Shown here: in pieces, positions 63,860 to 64,000 of the stretch | How the letters are laid out: each line of letters starts with the position of its first letter | Position numbering within the stretch: the stretch's first letter is position 1 | DNA from: Macrostomum lignano | Lineage: Eukaryota | Length of the DNA stretch: 64,000 bases | Assembly: GCA_002269645.1 (NCBI GenBank) | Contig: NIVC01001774.1 | Location: 175,066 to 239,065 of the forward strand | Direction: 5' to 3' | Made by a program: the position numbers and the translations under genes | The notes under the pieces: generated by a model | The model's input: the letters and a program-made list of their open reading frames with translations, nothing else | Databases searched by the model: none | What the model was told of the DNA's origin: nothing

Positions 63860-64000
63860 GTGGGCAAGCCGGCTACAGTCTGCTACTCGGAGCTGGTCGG
63901 CCGATCGACACAGTGTACGCCTCCGATGCAGACGGCCAGTTGGAGCTGGGCCGCCACAAGCTGCCCTGGCCATGCGTGCGGGTCACCGCCTGCCTCTCGG

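Overview
Eukaryotic (animal) genomic DNA, not prokaryotic. GC/Ala-rich exons, splice acceptors just upstream of start codons and minisatellite-stuffed introns resemble a macrostomid flatworm such as Macrostomum lignano; this taxon call is inference only. Every host gene I can reconstruct is on the + strand: phytochelatin synthase (3' part), a small orphan two-exon gene, a tandem pair of U1A/U2B''(SNF)-family genes, DDI1, SNX3/12, a 7-repeat protocadherin, ZNF593/BUD20, a ZDHHC4-like palmitoyltransferase and the 5' part of an unidentified gene. Mobile DNA includes a decayed Gypsy element inside a (CTAT)n tract, a young 5'-truncated RNase-H LINE (LOA/I-like) inside a DDI1 intron, two tRNA-derived SINE copies, several MITEs and an LTR-like segment followed by about 50 nt of reverse-copied tRNA-Ser. 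About 30 tandem arrays occur, each with a different unit, and most long ORFs in the supplied track are just translated repeats. The strongest leads are: (i) a tandem SNF duplication whose two copies carry U1A-like versus U2B''-like specificity loops; (ii) minisatellites built from the intron's own splice donor or acceptor, giving tens of decoy sites; (iii) a co-oriented gene run consistent with SL trans-spliced operons; (iv) tRNA primer read-through captured next to an LTR. All coordinates were counted by hand, and array edges are approximate.
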